Both the position numbers and the translations under genes were made by a program. A DNA stretch of 64,000 bases from Eremomyces bilateralis CBS 781.70 (taxonomy: Eukaryota): the NCBI GenBank assembly GCA_010015585.1, contig ML975153.1. One strand, 5' to 3'. Within the stretch, counting starts at the first letter, position 1; each line of letters opens with the position of its first letter. The notes under the pieces were generated by a model. That model had not been told where the DNA came from, made no database searches, and worked only from the letters and a program-made list of their open reading frames with translations. Positions 47,095-59,800 of this stretch are shown piece after piece.

Positions 47095-50000
47095 ATGGAG
47101 TCTGACGATTCCACACGAGAGGAGGATTCAAACCAAAAGATAGGGCAACAAGATACTGGTAATGGAGCTGGAGCGAATGTGGCGGAACCGTTCACCTCGC
47201 TGTATCCTCCCCTCTCTCACGGGTGTCCATATCACCACCACCCTCACCACCCTCACCACCACCCTCACCACTACCCTCAAGCACATGCTGGTTTCTTGTT
47301 CTATCCCGGACTTCCGGCGAATGTTCAACCTCAGCACTTAGCACCAACCGCATCGTGGCCGCCCTTATTCCCTCCAAATCCGTTGACCATGACTAACTAT
47401 TCCACTCAAGTCGCTTGGTCAGCTGCGCCCCACGCGGGATATTCTTCTACCGACCTCTTTAGCGGTACTGCGCCATGGGCCATGAACCCATTCGGCTCGG
47501 CCATGCCTCACGGCACGATCCCTTCGGGAATGCCATCAACAAGTCAAAGCCACACCCCGTTATTCAACCCAGCATCTGCGCAACAGCAGCACGGCTCGTT
47601 ATCGCGCAAGGCACCGGTCCCCTTCTCCAAATCGTTGTCGGATGGAAGCGGCGCGGGCCAGACAACCCCTTCGAATGGCTCTATCGCGCTGGGACCATCA
47701 TCCACCCAGCCGGTCGTGGATCACGCCCACAGAATAGGAACACCGCATTCCCTGGCCTCAATCGTCTCCAGTCCCAAGATGAAGGCCCCTTACCATCCCG
47801 GGCATGGCCAAGTGAATGCACCCCCCAAGGCTTATTACGGGCCGAACGGCCCTCAAGTCATATATCCCGGTTATGAGGACTCCGCCGACAGCATTCCCCA
47901 TTATCAACCGAGCAGCAGCCAGCCTGTAACTGTAACCGATGCTCTGAAAATGAAACAACAAACCACACCAGCGACCGTCTTTTCTTATCACGGAAATATT
48001 GCAGGATTCGGGTACGGGGACCCCAGTTTTGACCCCATGGAAGGCGTGATCCATTCGGAAGACCAAAGCATTCACTATCCAAACGGGCAAGTCGTGGCTG
48101 GGGAAACGGACCAGGTGTCGGCTAGGAAGGTTGATGACACGATAATAGGAGCGGGGCGGGAAAAGAGAGTGGCTCCTCCTATACAAGAAGAGATTCTACC
48201 CGATGAAGTACTACAGGTGCTGGTACACGAGAAAGAGCAGGTCGAAAGCCTAGTGGCAACGTTCCTGGAGAAAGTCTGCCCCAGGTGCACGAACCCACTA
48301 TTCTCCCAGGATGATTATCTAGCGACCCTGGTTCAGATCTGGAAGCAGAAGACCCGGTTGGATGGTTACATCGAATGCAGCAGGTGTCGTTTCGTATGTT
48401 GCCCGCATTGCCACAGTCACCCAACGCCCTATCAAGACGTGAACGAGGTTGCGGGAATCAGTGTATCCCTGTGCTGCAATGGGGCTCAGATCTTTGCCTA
48501 CTTTGCTCTTTTGTGGGCCTTTGACCATGAAGACACACTGATGGCATTGTTGTATCCACCCCAGACCAACGCCAATTCCCCCAAGGAAGCTGTCGGAAGA
48601 ATCGTCGGCAAAGGGGCTTCAACTGGACCGCCTGGACAGGGAGGGAATGTGAGCACCTCAGCGAGCACGAAGGCAGCAAAACAACCGAAGTTGCCTGGGT
48701 TTCCGATCCCAAAACCCCCCGTTTCGGTCACCAACGAACCTTTCGTTTCACCCTATAATCTAGACTTCCTCAATCCCGAATCAGATGGACATTACGGTCC
48801 GAAAGACCCTACGCCTTCGGGGGCTGGGATGCTGAATTTCAAGAAACAAGAGAATCTGGATACAATCAAGAAGAGCTTGGCAAGTAAGGATCTAAAATCC
48901 ACATCCAAGCCTCACTCTATTTCTCACCAATATTACAAATCCGTTGCCCCTGATTACTTCTCCAATGAAGAATGGGGTCCTCCGGTCGAAGCACTGGAGC
49001 ACTTCCTGAATCCCCCAGACATTGACTCTGACGAGGAATTTGCAGATTTGAAACTAGGACATGCGCCAATCTCCGCCCTCTCCAAAGGTGTGGGCTACGG
49101 TGGCTCGAATGCCTTTTACAGACATTCCCGCCCCACGGCAACCAAATCAGTTCCAACCAGTCCCGACGGACTCCATCAATTCCTGTTCAAGCTCCTCGCG
49201 CACCTATTGGTCAGTACCGGTATCATGATGGATAACAGCGTCTCGGAACATGCGCTTCTCCTGATGAAGAACAGCGCGATATTGGAACGAGCCGCCGAAC
49301 TCCTCCGCAACGACTCGATCGAAGACGTTACGAGCCGCCTGGGTTTGTATGAGTCGCTGCTGGAATTCCTACAAGTTCTCTCTCCGTCCCCCCAATTCTC
49401 CCTGGAGGCTGTCCTGAAACATCGCTACTCGCGTCCCGGGAAGAGCAACGTCGCAATGCTCGCGCGAGAAATCCTTGCCAAGGCCACCCCGAATGATGAT
49501 GCGATGAATTATCGCAAATGCCAGCCGCTGCTCTCCCTGCTTCAGAGGCTTGCCAAGCATGCGACCTTCATGCTGGGCTTCGTAAATTCCAAGGCTTCGG
49601 AATTGCTGACGACAGAGCCGAGCAACATGCGGCTATATGAGAAGATAGGCGACCTCTCGGACGCCTTCCAAGTTCAGGTCGAAGTCAATCTAGCGTTTGG
49701 CGAACAGATCCAGGCGAATGACGCAAAGGTCAGCTCCGATGCAAGTGCGAAGATGAAGGAATGGCACCGTGAGAACTGCGTCATCGAGGTTCCGGATGAG
49801 CAACTGGTCACCAGTCATTCTGTGCCGAATTATCGCAAGGGTGAATCGAAAGTTCCTGGACAAGACAGGATGAAGAGGCTCATGACGGAGCTGACAACCC
49901 TGAGGTCATCGCTTCCCGAAGGCATTTACCTACGATACTGCTCGGGGCATCTTGGAAAGATGAAAGCAATCATTGTTGGTCCATCGGGCACGCCTTACGA

Positions 50001-51009
50001 GGGGGGACTCTTCGAATTTGACATCGACTGCCCTATGTCCTACCCCAATACCCCGCCCAACTTCAATTTCAAGACAACCGGCGGAGGCACCGTTCGATTC
50101 AACCCGAACCTCTACCCCGATGGGAAAGTCTGCCTTTCGCTCCTCGGAACCTGGCAGGGTGAATCGTGGCGCCCCGGCGAATCTACCTTGCTCCAAGTGC
50201 TCATATCCCTGCAAAGCATGGTCCTGTGCGACGAGCCGTGGTACAACGAGCCCGGACGCGAGAGGAGAAAGCAAAGCCGGGAATCGGAGAGCTACAATGA
50301 ACAGGTCTGGTACTGGACGACGAACCACGCCATGTTGCATTGGCTCAATCCGGCGAAAACCGTCTCCTCCTACGCACGGCCGAGGCACGATAAGATAGGG
50401 GCGGGGAGCAGCCATGGCATCTGGGCGGATGTCATCAAGATGCACTTCACAACAAATGGCGATACTATCCTAGAATGCGTCCAGGACTGGGCGAACATTT
50501 CGGAAGTCCGTGAGAAGCAGTACGGCAACAAGCGCAAACCGAAGCCACCCCCCCCCAACCCCTTCACGCCGTCTGTGCCCCCATCCCCGCCCGGTTTGTT
50601 CGGCCACCATCTTAAAACCAGCGCAGCAGAGGGAATGGCACCTGTAGGCCCGATGCTGTTCGGTCCTGGAACCCCCATGCTCTATTACCCAAACGCAATG
50701 TCCACGGCCCCCTCCTCGTCATCCGCCCCCGCCCCGACCATCCACGCTCCAAAACCGCCCCTTCCGCCTGCGGTACAGCCCCTGACCCAGGCCCATGCCC
50801 AGGCCCATGCCCATCACTACGAGGCCGTCGCCTTCGAACGGCAGCGGATGCGACACTCGGCGAAGAATCTACGCGCGGCGCTCGAAGAGCTGGAGAAAGA
50901 GGTGGGGAATCTGAAGTGCACGGAGGAGCAGCAGTTGCAGCAGCAGGGAAATGAAGGGCTAAAGCGGGAGCCGGTGCAGAAAGGGAAGAAGGTTTTGGGG
51001 CGGATATGA
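47095..51009 (+). CDS. Large BIRC6/UBE2Z-type ubiquitin-conjugating enzyme with low-complexity N-terminus and Cys cluster, 1304 aa
   Basis: Single long ORF with KGVGYGG, ELLRNDSIED, RMKRLMTELTTLRSSLPEGIY, GPSGTPYEGGLFEFD, VRFNPNLYPDGKVCLSLLGTW and LQSMVLCDEPWYNEPG. Confidence 0.88.
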   Translation: MESDDSTREEDSNQKIGQQDTGNGAGANVAEPFTSLYPPLSHGCPYHHHPHHPHHHPHHYPQAHAGFLFYPGLPANVQPQHLAPTASWPPLFPPNPLTMTNYSTQVAWSAAPHAGYSSTDLFSGTAPWAMNPFGSAMPHGTIPSGMPSTSQSHTPLFNPASAQQQHGSLSRKAPVPFSKSLSDGSGAGQTTPSNGSIALGPSSTQPVVDHAHRIGTPHSLASIVSSPKMKAPYHPGHGQVNAPPKAYYGPNGPQVIYPGYEDSADSIPHYQPSSSQPVTVTDALKMKQQTTPATVFSYHGNIAGFGYGDPSFDPMEGVIHSEDQSIHYPNGQVVAGETDQVSARKVDDTIIGAGREKRVAPPIQEEILPDEVLQVLVHEKEQVESLVATFLEKVCPRCTNPLFSQDDYLATLVQIWKQKTRLDGYIECSRCRFVCCPHCHSHPTPYQDVNEVAGISVSLCCNGAQIFAYFALLWAFDHEDTLMALLYPPQTNANSPKEAVGRIVGKGASTGPPGQGGNVSTSASTKAAKQPKLPGFPIPKPPVSVTNEPFVSPYNLDFLNPESDGHYGPKDPTPSGAGMLNFKKQENLDTIKKSLASKDLKSTSKPHSISHQYYKSVAPDYFSNEEWGPPVEALEHFLNPPDIDSDEEFADLKLGHAPISALSKGVGYGGSNAFYRHSRPTATKSVPTSPDGLHQFLFKLLAHLLVSTGIMMDNSVSEHALLLMKNSAILERAAELLRNDSIEDVTSRLGLYESLLEFLQVLSPSPQFSLEAVLKHRYSRPGKSNVAMLAREILAKATPNDDAMNYRKCQPLLSLLQRLAKHATFMLGFVNSKASELLTTEPSNMRLYEKIGDLSDAFQVQVEVNLAFGEQIQANDAKVSSDASAKMKEWHRENCVIEVPDEQLVTSHSVPNYRKGESKVPGQDRMKRLMTELTTLRSSLPEGIYLRYCSGHLGKMKAIIVGPSGTPYEGGLFEFDIDCPMSYPNTPPNFNFKTTGGGTVRFNPNLYPDGKVCLSLLGTWQGESWRPGESTLLQVLISLQSMVLCDEPWYNEPGRERRKQSRESESYNEQVWYWTTNHAMLHWLNPAKTVSSYARPRHDKIGAGSSHGIWADVIKMHFTTNGDTILECVQDWANISEVREKQYGNKRKPKPPPPNPFTPSVPPSPPGLFGHHLKTSAAEGMAPVGPMLFGPGTPMLYYPNAMSTAPSSSSAPAPTIHAPKPPLPPAVQPLTQAHAQAHAHHYEAVAFERQRMRHSAKNLRAALEELEKEVGNLKCTEEQQLQQQGNEGLKREPVQKGKKVLGRI
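47233..47277 (+). repeat. Coding CACCAC(CAC)CCT repeat encoding HHHPHHPHHHPHHYP
   Basis: caccaccaccct caccaccct caccaccaccct caccactaccct. Confidence 0.8.
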
Positions 51010-53867
51010 TTGCGGGGGGGATGAGAGAAGGGGAGACTGGCTTCCTGTGCGATGCGATGGTTCGGTTTCGACGGGCGATGATGGCGGAGTCCTCAACTGG
51101 AGAGCCAGGGCGCAGGGCTAAAAGTGGTATAACATAGCGCAATAGTCGATGGCCGAATATCGAAGGATGGTAGTCCGGCAACGTTCGGAGGGTAGCTAAC
51201 ATATTCTTACATAGAAAATGAAACATTTTCACACCGTCCCCTTGGAAAATGGAGTGACTGTCATCAATGCTTTTCTGAATTTGATGCTCAGTTATCATGT
51301 TTTCCATTGATGTCATGTATCTATTTCATACAAAATGTCCTCCTCCACTCCTAAACCGCCCAGATCGATGCTTATATTCTCGCTTTTTCTCACGTTTCCA
51401 TTATTTCAACGATTAAACAAGTTCATATAGCTTATACAGCGTCCACACTTTTGTATCGTTGGAGATAGAACTTCTCCATACTACCGGGGAATATATTTTG
51501 TAAAAATATATATGTCGGTCACTGTCCAAGCTCGTCGTGTACTGGAATTTTACCACTTCCAAAAGTCAAACAAATGGAGCATTTTCAATGCTTTTATCCT
51601 CACTAGATGTGCCGTTTATCGACTTTCTCCGTCATTTGATTCCTATGGTGCTCCCTATAACATCTACCACAACCTCATTCTCCCAATTTCTCTAGATTCG
51701 TTGGAATTTACCTACATTTTTCATCCGGAGTCCTTATCGGCTCGAAATAGCGGCATTGGTGCGAATCCCCTCCCCAGCAGATCCGTTTCTCTCGATAATT
51801 TTACTATTAGTATAAAGATAGCAAAAATGATCGATGGGCCCAAAAAAATAGAGGGAGTTTTGTGGTGGCCACCCTCTCTCCCAGCAATGGGAGACATGAT
51901 GAGTTGAACACATGGCTCAGTCCTTTCAGTCTAACATGACCTTCAAAATAAGGATATTAACACCTGTTGATATACCCAGGAATAGAATTAGTTCCAAGTT
52001 ATGAATATACGTCATTGGATCCAAATATAATGTGCGACGATTAGTATGTTTCTCGCAGCTTCGCTGGGTGGCTAAGGTGCTATCTCAAGTCATTGAATGC
52101 CGATCTTGAGTGTGCTGCGCTCCAGTTTCCGAACCCATATTAAGATCGCTGCCATTAACTTATCTAACTTAACTTAGTTAACTAACTACTGCTCGTAGCA
52201 TTTTATCTAATTTCTAACCCAAATCGTTGAGAAAATGTTTGCCTATCGGGTGGACGAAATTGATTGCACCACGAGTTTGGTGCATAACTGCAAGGTCTAT
52301 ATATCTATGTTAGGGAATATTGAACCGCGCGCCCGGCGTGCGCTGATGATTTTCGCTTAATATAGTCTATAGCTAATGGTGAATTTCATCGCAGTGATTA
52401 GGTGGTGAATCATAAATTCGGGTAGGTGAAGCGATGATAGGGGTTTAAGATCATCCTTACATAGTAGTTACTAGTACGCCATTTTGTATCATTGCCAGAA
52501 CAGTTTTTGATACCAAATATCTCCTCTACAAAACTCTTCGCACAAGAATGGCATTTGAATTAAGCATGGGAAGATATGCACAGCGTCAGTATGTCATCCC
52601 TCAGCGAGTCGCTCCTCGATATCTCGCCCTTGGAGGGAGGCCTTGAAGCGTACGAGGATAAGCCAAGTTGAATCACTATCATGCCCCTGAAACTATCCTG
52701 TGCACACCCGGGAGAAAAGGCATTGATACTTGGAGCGTGGGAATGATGGTATTCCCTATAACTCAACATTATGCATTGCCACTGACGTAAACCAGTTCTG
52801 GCCTTCTGGGTCCTTCTTCAAGGGAAGCACCTCTACCTAAACGACATCACGGACCGCTTCAAGTCAAAATATCCGTACCTGGCTCGAGTGGTTACCCTGC
52901 TGGACAGCCCCCTAGAAGTTTCCTCGACCGATTTCACATAGCCAACCGTTTCTTCGACGAGGACAGGGAATGGGCAGGGAAAACAACGCTGGAGATATCT
53001 TCGCTTGAAGATGAATTGCAAGCGCTGGAAGACAGTGATAAAGAAGAGTTCCTCCATGTGCTACACCGGATGCTTCAGTGGCTACCAGGGGTTCGGGCCT
53101 CTGTACGAGAGTTTCTGAATGATCCCTGGCTAACAGAGTGACTGACAATAAGGGGGTTTGTGTCAGTGTACTCTCAGCTACACGAACTGGGACGGATCGG
53201 GGAGCATGACCGTTATTCATAGATAGCATCACCTATGGCATTATCCTCAGCAGAGGATACAAAGAACAATCTATCAACACTCATACTAAAACTTAACGTG
53301 TACTCCGTGTCCAAGATGTGATTCCATCACAAAATAGCGCTCCGCGCCACCACATTACAGCTCACGTGAGGTCCACCGCACCTACATCCCCTGAAAGCTT
53401 GGAGTGGACGAAATTGATGGTCCTGAAAGTCGGATCACACCCCTGGGGAGTCGAAAACTCTCTGTACATGCAGGTTGGAAGATGTCAATGCGAAGGATCA
53501 TCGCTTTCTTCCAGCTCGGATGACACGCCAGTAGAAGCAGACGTAGCGCCAGTTAGAAAAAACTAACACGTATCAAACACGATGAAATTTGACGTAGTCT
53601 AAGTCTACTACCGTCTTGTGCACAACGCCGGAGGCGAGTGTCTCTGGGTATCGTCTAGATCATTCCACATGCAGCCATTAACACAGCCGCCCAAGCTGCC
53701 TTCCAGACATGTCCGCCCACCATTTAGTGAGGCACATGCAGTCCCCCATCTACCTTTAGCCTGTCAAACACAGGGTCATCATCATTTACAACCCTCCGTG
53801 ACCACCTCGACATTACCTCATTCAAACAACCTCCGCTGCGGTGAGCAGAACCCTTTCCGTCCGATCA

Positions 53868-56800
53868 TTACCATGAGTTATCCCGATCAAAACGTCGTTC
53901 GTCATCGCTCCTCGCTGGCGACCTGTCGCCATTGTTTCCTCCGCGTCGCGTCGTAAAGCTTCTTCGAATGCTCTCTCCCCATGCGCTCGTTTCAAGGCTG
54001 TCCATCACGTCCTGCACGCTAACGGCACTTCCAGCTCGGCTGCGACCACCACCAGGTTCGAGGCCCGAACTCGTCAACCCGCCGGCTGTTAGCGAAGGGC
54101 CGTGAGCAGGGGACGAGGCGGCATCGCGGCCAGGCGAGCCGGATTGCAAGGGACTTATGGGCCGTTCGTGCGATGGAGGTCTTGAATTTCTTGGCGAATC
54201 GTAAGGAGATGGACGAGAGGCCCATGACTGCTGAGACGCCCCAGGAGCTGTCTGTCCGTATTGATCCTGTGGTCCTAGGTTTCCTTGGCCGAAAGCAGGT
54301 TGCCCAACAAACACGCCTGGGCGCGTCGGGCTGCTTGAAGGTGTGAGTTGTATACTGTTTGCTCGCGAATGTTGATTGTTGGGGGGTGTAATGGAGCCGG
54401 TAGAACCTTCGGTGTGACCAAGATCAATCGATAGACCTGGGCCTCTGCGTGGGGACAAAGAACTCGGGGTGCGCGGGGAACCATGGAGATCATTAGGTGC
54501 GTAACTGAACTGCCCGTTATGTGACGATGCGGCACCGGTGCCCGCAGAAGCACCTTGTCTCGTGTCGGCCGGACTTGTAGGCGCGTCGCCGTCATCGACA
54601 TAAATTTCAGGAACAGTGAATTGCGGAACGGCAGTCATCCGTCCGTCATCTTTCGATCGTGTGATGCGACGGAATCGACGAGCCCAGAAAACGGTGTCGA
54701 AGAAACCTTGCACAATGTTACGACGCACTGCTTCGTCAACCCTCTGAAGGCGCGCACGGCGGCGCAAAAACTCCTTCAGGCTATGTCTCAGTCAGTAAAT
54801 GGTTCTGGAGAGAGTGATATTTTCTTACCGTAGACTCTTATTGTCGTTGATGACCTTGTAGTGCGCCAATATCATGAGCAAAGAATTAAATCCGATTCCA
54901 CGATCGGGGTCGCTAGACACCAGAACTTCTTCGTAGAATTTGTTCATCCGATCTCGTCGCCTCCTGATTTCCTGTACCGGTAGCTCCGCCAAGCGAGCGT
55001 TCAACTTCTTCAAGTCCATTTCAGGGCGTTCCTGAGGATCATCAACCGGAAGGACACTCTGGCGCGCTGGGAGGCGGCAGTCTTCAATCAGCCTTCGGAC
55101 CGTAAAGTCGCCATCATATATGCGCATTTCGAAGACTCCGCTCAATTCACCGAGGAATCTCGGGAACGCTTCTTTGGAGATGAATCCCGTGCCGTTGGGG
55201 TCGAATTCTGCCCATGCTTGCTTGAAGCGCCGGATCTCCTCGCGGCTGATGACCGCAAGCCCGCTGCTGCGCTGATAGACATAAGAGAAGCTTTCGTAGA
55301 TCAACGACACGAACAAGTTGACGAAGATGTACATGCTGAGGATGTTCCAGCTGATAAAAAGTGCCCGAGCCCATTCTGGGCTGCCGCAGTCTCCTTCGCT
55401 GAAAGATTGCCCTACCACGCAGTTTGGAGGCCTGATAGATGCAAAATCTTCCATCAATTCGTTCCAACCTTCGCCGATACTGAGTCGGAAGAGAAGGATG
55501 AGAGCTTTAGGGACGGACCTGAAATTAATGTTGCTGGTCTGATTTTCGCCGAACTTTGTGAGGCCGAATGTCTGAGTGAAGGCGATGGCGTACACTAGAA
55601 ACAGGACGAACCACGTGGCGAGAAGATTTGCAATCGGCTTCAAGGAAGCAGCGGCAGTCTTAAAGAGCTGATCGAGTTGGTTGTTGCGCGGAATGAGAAG
55701 GAGGGCAATGGAGACGAGGCAGAAGTTGTGTACCTGCGCGTACACCCAATGGGATGGACGAGCCAGGACCATAATCGTCGTGATGAAAGCGCCGGACACG
55801 GAGATCAAAGAGTACAAATCCCAGCTACTCCTCCGGAAACGCGGCCACGAAAGGCCGACGATCCGGATGGCGATGTTGGCGATGTAAACGAGCGTGAATG
55901 CCAAAAAGATGAACTCGCGGACCAGATCCCACCAGAACGGCCCGGGGAAGAATTCCAAGCAGAGAAGGATCAGGTGGACAACCAAGACGAGGGTGACGAA
56001 TCGCTGCCATCGTCCCGATTTTCGGACGGCTCGTCGATAACACCACTCCTTCCACGACTCACGCCTTTGGCTAGGTACTGGACGCTTTGAGGGCGCAACC
56101 TGTCTTAAAAGCTTTCTCAATTCCAACCACGAGCGCTGATCGGTGGTCAAGTAGGCGACTCCCGTCTGTTCGGTGTAGTTGCGCATGAAGACCGACACAA
56201 ACAGGGTAAGCACGAAGACCGCTCCGAGCAAATTGAACACGACAAAGAAGATGGCATTGCCTTGACTCGCGAGCGGCTGTGGTTGACGGTTGACTCCGAC
56301 GATATTCTCGGCAGCCCACATGACGTCCGTCCATCCTTCTTGGGAGACGACTTGGAAGAGGATGAACAAGCTGTCGCCAAAATTGTCGAAGCTGTAATAT
56401 TCATTACTGACCACTCGGGGAGTCAACACCTCCCAATTGTACGGTGAGCTGAGGAATTCTCCAACACAGTCGTCGAGATTGTAAATGTCGGCTCCATCGT
56501 TGCAAGCGAGCAGCTTCCCATTGAACAGATTGAGGCCATAGATGGCGAAGGGAATCAGCAAGCTCAGCGACACGAGTGCTGCGGAAAGGATCTTCAGTCC
56601 ACCACGGACGATGATCGAATGGAACGTGTTCCGAGCACTGTCGCTCACGTTCAGCAGCCGAAGAGCCCTGAGGGCTTTGAATGCGCCGACTGCGCGGCTG
56701 ACCTGCCCTTCATTGAACAAGCTCGTACCAACGTTGATCCATAGCGTGACCAGCACAATGCCATCTATGAAACCCCAAGATCCGCGGAAATATGCATTGG

Positions 56801-59800
56801 GGGTCCAGAAGAAACCGTCCGCAATGACTTTGATAGCCGCTTCGATGCCGAAGAGCACAGCGAAGCCCATATCCGTGAAGACGAACCAATTCTTAACGCT
56901 AAATGGATGCTTTTGGAAGTAAACCTTCTGGTAGAGCGGTGTGGTGATGCAGGCAAGCAGCACCATAGCTACGATAGCAGCATAGACGAAGGCGGAGAAC
57001 GCATACCAGATTGGTACACTAGGTGCCACACCTTCGATCCTGTCCCCGCCTCGACCAGGTCCGACAATCTTCTGACAAATCTTTCGGATCGGATTGTTTG
57101 GCTTGAACGTGTACAGCGAGACATTGTATGATGGGTGCTTTAGTAGATATTCTCGCTGTGCTTTCTTGCGGCGCTCGCGCGCTGAGACCACCTCTTTCGC
57201 CATTTGACGGGGATCCAGGTCTTCGTTCGCTCTGGAAAATTCCAAACGTGAATAGAATGGATTCGGTTCGCTGCTTCCAAGAAACCCAAAGAACCGACCC
57301 CATGCCGTTGAGAGTGTTCCCGGCGATATTACCGTTGTCGGTGCCGATCGCAGTCCAGGTTGTGGCGTGGCGGGTGGTGGAGGCGATGATATTGGATCCT
57401 GCTCGTCTTGCTGGTCAAGGAAATCCCGAACAACCGCGCCTTTAAGTAACATCTCCGTGGTTGCGGTGCCGAATGCCAACGGATCTTTGCGCCTTCCCGT
57501 GGCTAAGCTGACCTTGAAGATCGTCGAGAGCGAAAGGTTCCCATGGGAATTGCCGCCTAGGTCGTTTTCGTGAAGGAATGCTTTCACTTGTTGCAAGCGC
57601 TTCTCATCCTCTGAAACGTCAAAGTTCTCCTGAATGACAGCAATGAACATGTTCAGCACGATAAAATTGGCCAGGATGAACCAGATGATGAAGAATGCAG
57701 CGCCGATCCAAGCGGTATTGTACGCCACCGTGAAGCCGGTAACGTTGTACATCAACGTTGTCCAGTTCTCGCTGGAAAGTACTTGATACATTCCAAGAAA
57801 CGAGTTATATATCGACGAGAAAGTGACATGTATGCTCTCGCCGTCGGCGTCGGCTATTGGGAACTCGCCACGAAACATTTGAACCGCGAAGATAGCAGCA
57901 AGGAAGGTGAGGAGGAACACGAAGAGAATAAGATTGACCAGACCTGAAAAGTTCCCCAAGACAGTGAGAATGAGGTCACGGGTGATTGGAACGGCCAAGA
58001 CTACTCGATAGAATCGGACGATTTGAAAGATCGTAAGCCAGGCGTAAGGCTGGCCTGAGTTATGGATCGCCGGGATCTGCATGACGGTTGTAATGATGGC
58101 GAGGAGACAATCGATGATGTTCTGTCGACTGCGAAAGAAATGCCGCCAGTCTACGATGAATCGAAGCACAATTTCCAGAAGAAGGATAAAGGTCGCGGCC
58201 GTTTCGGCGCCGTCGACGAATGCTGCTCGACCGCTGCCCATGCTAGCGCTCCTTAAGCCCTGGCAGATGGTGCCAGATATAATGATTAGGATCCACAGCC
58301 ATTTCGTCTTGTCGAACAGCTTCTTGATCCTGCTGATTTTCCGGTTTGCAGTCTCGCCGGAATCTTGTAATTCCAGACTTTGGTCCACTTCCTCGGCGGT
58401 GAACGCACTAGCCTTACTCTCGTCTCGAATCACCTGAAAGGACGAGGTGATGACAGCAATGAGAAGGTTGATAAGCCAGAGAAAAAGGATTACGATCCCT
58501 GCGGCAAAGAAGAGTGCCGCTGCAAGATAATCGCTGTCGGTCAGGAAATACATCAGTTGAGACCAAGTATTGGAGCTCATGACGACGAACACAAGCTCTA
58601 GACTCTGGAATATGTTGTCGAAGCTTAGCGTTCCATTGAAAGGGTTGTCCCCCTGGATACACATCGAGTTCACTGGGCATATATACCCTTTGTGAACATC
58701 AGATCCAGGGGTAAGATCAGAATTAAGCCACGAGAGAGCCGTGCCGTTCGGATCAAGATAGCCGCCGCAGAACTGAAACGTGTTTAAAAAGTCCTCTTCT
58801 AGGCCTTCGGGATCTTTCCAAACGCATTGGCGCCGTAAGCTCGCCTTGAACGCCTGAACGCCCACGATAGCGAACAGAAGCCAGAAGAAACCAATCAGAA
58901 ATGCGACATGGACCAGAAGAGGGGCGGCTTTTTTCAAGCTTCGCAAGATGACCTAGACATATGATTAACTCCATGTTCATCGAATTCAGGAAGGCACCTA
59001 CCGTAGTGCCGCTCGTCAGTAACAGCAGCCGCAGAATCCTCAGGCAGCTCAACATGCGGAAGACATAGGCATGCTTGCTAGATTCAAACCCACTTAGACT
59101 GATGGCGAAGGTGATCCAGTACGCGACCACTGCCAAGAAATCAAGGCGGTTAAACGAATGTCGGAGGAAAGCGCGGTGAGCGAGGCGGACACGACGTTGG
59201 TACCTTGAATCTGCAATCTGGTTCGGCTCGAGGTTGGTGGCTGTGAATGCCCGAATGATCGATGGCTGGGGCTCAGTAGTAAATGGCGATGGCTGGCTTT
59301 TAGCCGTCGTATCGACACTGAGTGGGGAAAACAACGAGTGCCATTTCGCGGCTACAGCTTTCTTGAATCCGACCTGGCGATTGACGGTGCTGTACTCAAT
59401 GGGATTCACAATAAATCCAGACACAATCGTGCGGATGAAACACTCGGCAGTGTATATGCAAAAAAGTGCCAGCATTGCATAGTCAATCCAAGACGACCCC
59501 CACCGAGGGGTTCGATGCCCGATAAAGACGCTCTGTCGAGCATCTACCGCGAGCAACACCGTTTGGATGACAATCAAGAGCAGAATACAGGGCTCGGTCA
59601 TTGGGTGAACAAGGATGTCGCAGAGTTTGATGCGCAGTTTGTTATCGGGTAGGAATATCCCAAGCGATCTGCCTCGAAGTGGGTTTGGGAGATTCTTCTT
59701 GGAAGGACGTCGGAATGGCTGGAATTGTTGAGGGGCGGGTGATTTCTCAGGTGGGATTTCCTCATCCTGTACACCCTCGGAGTATCCAGCGGTTGTGGGA

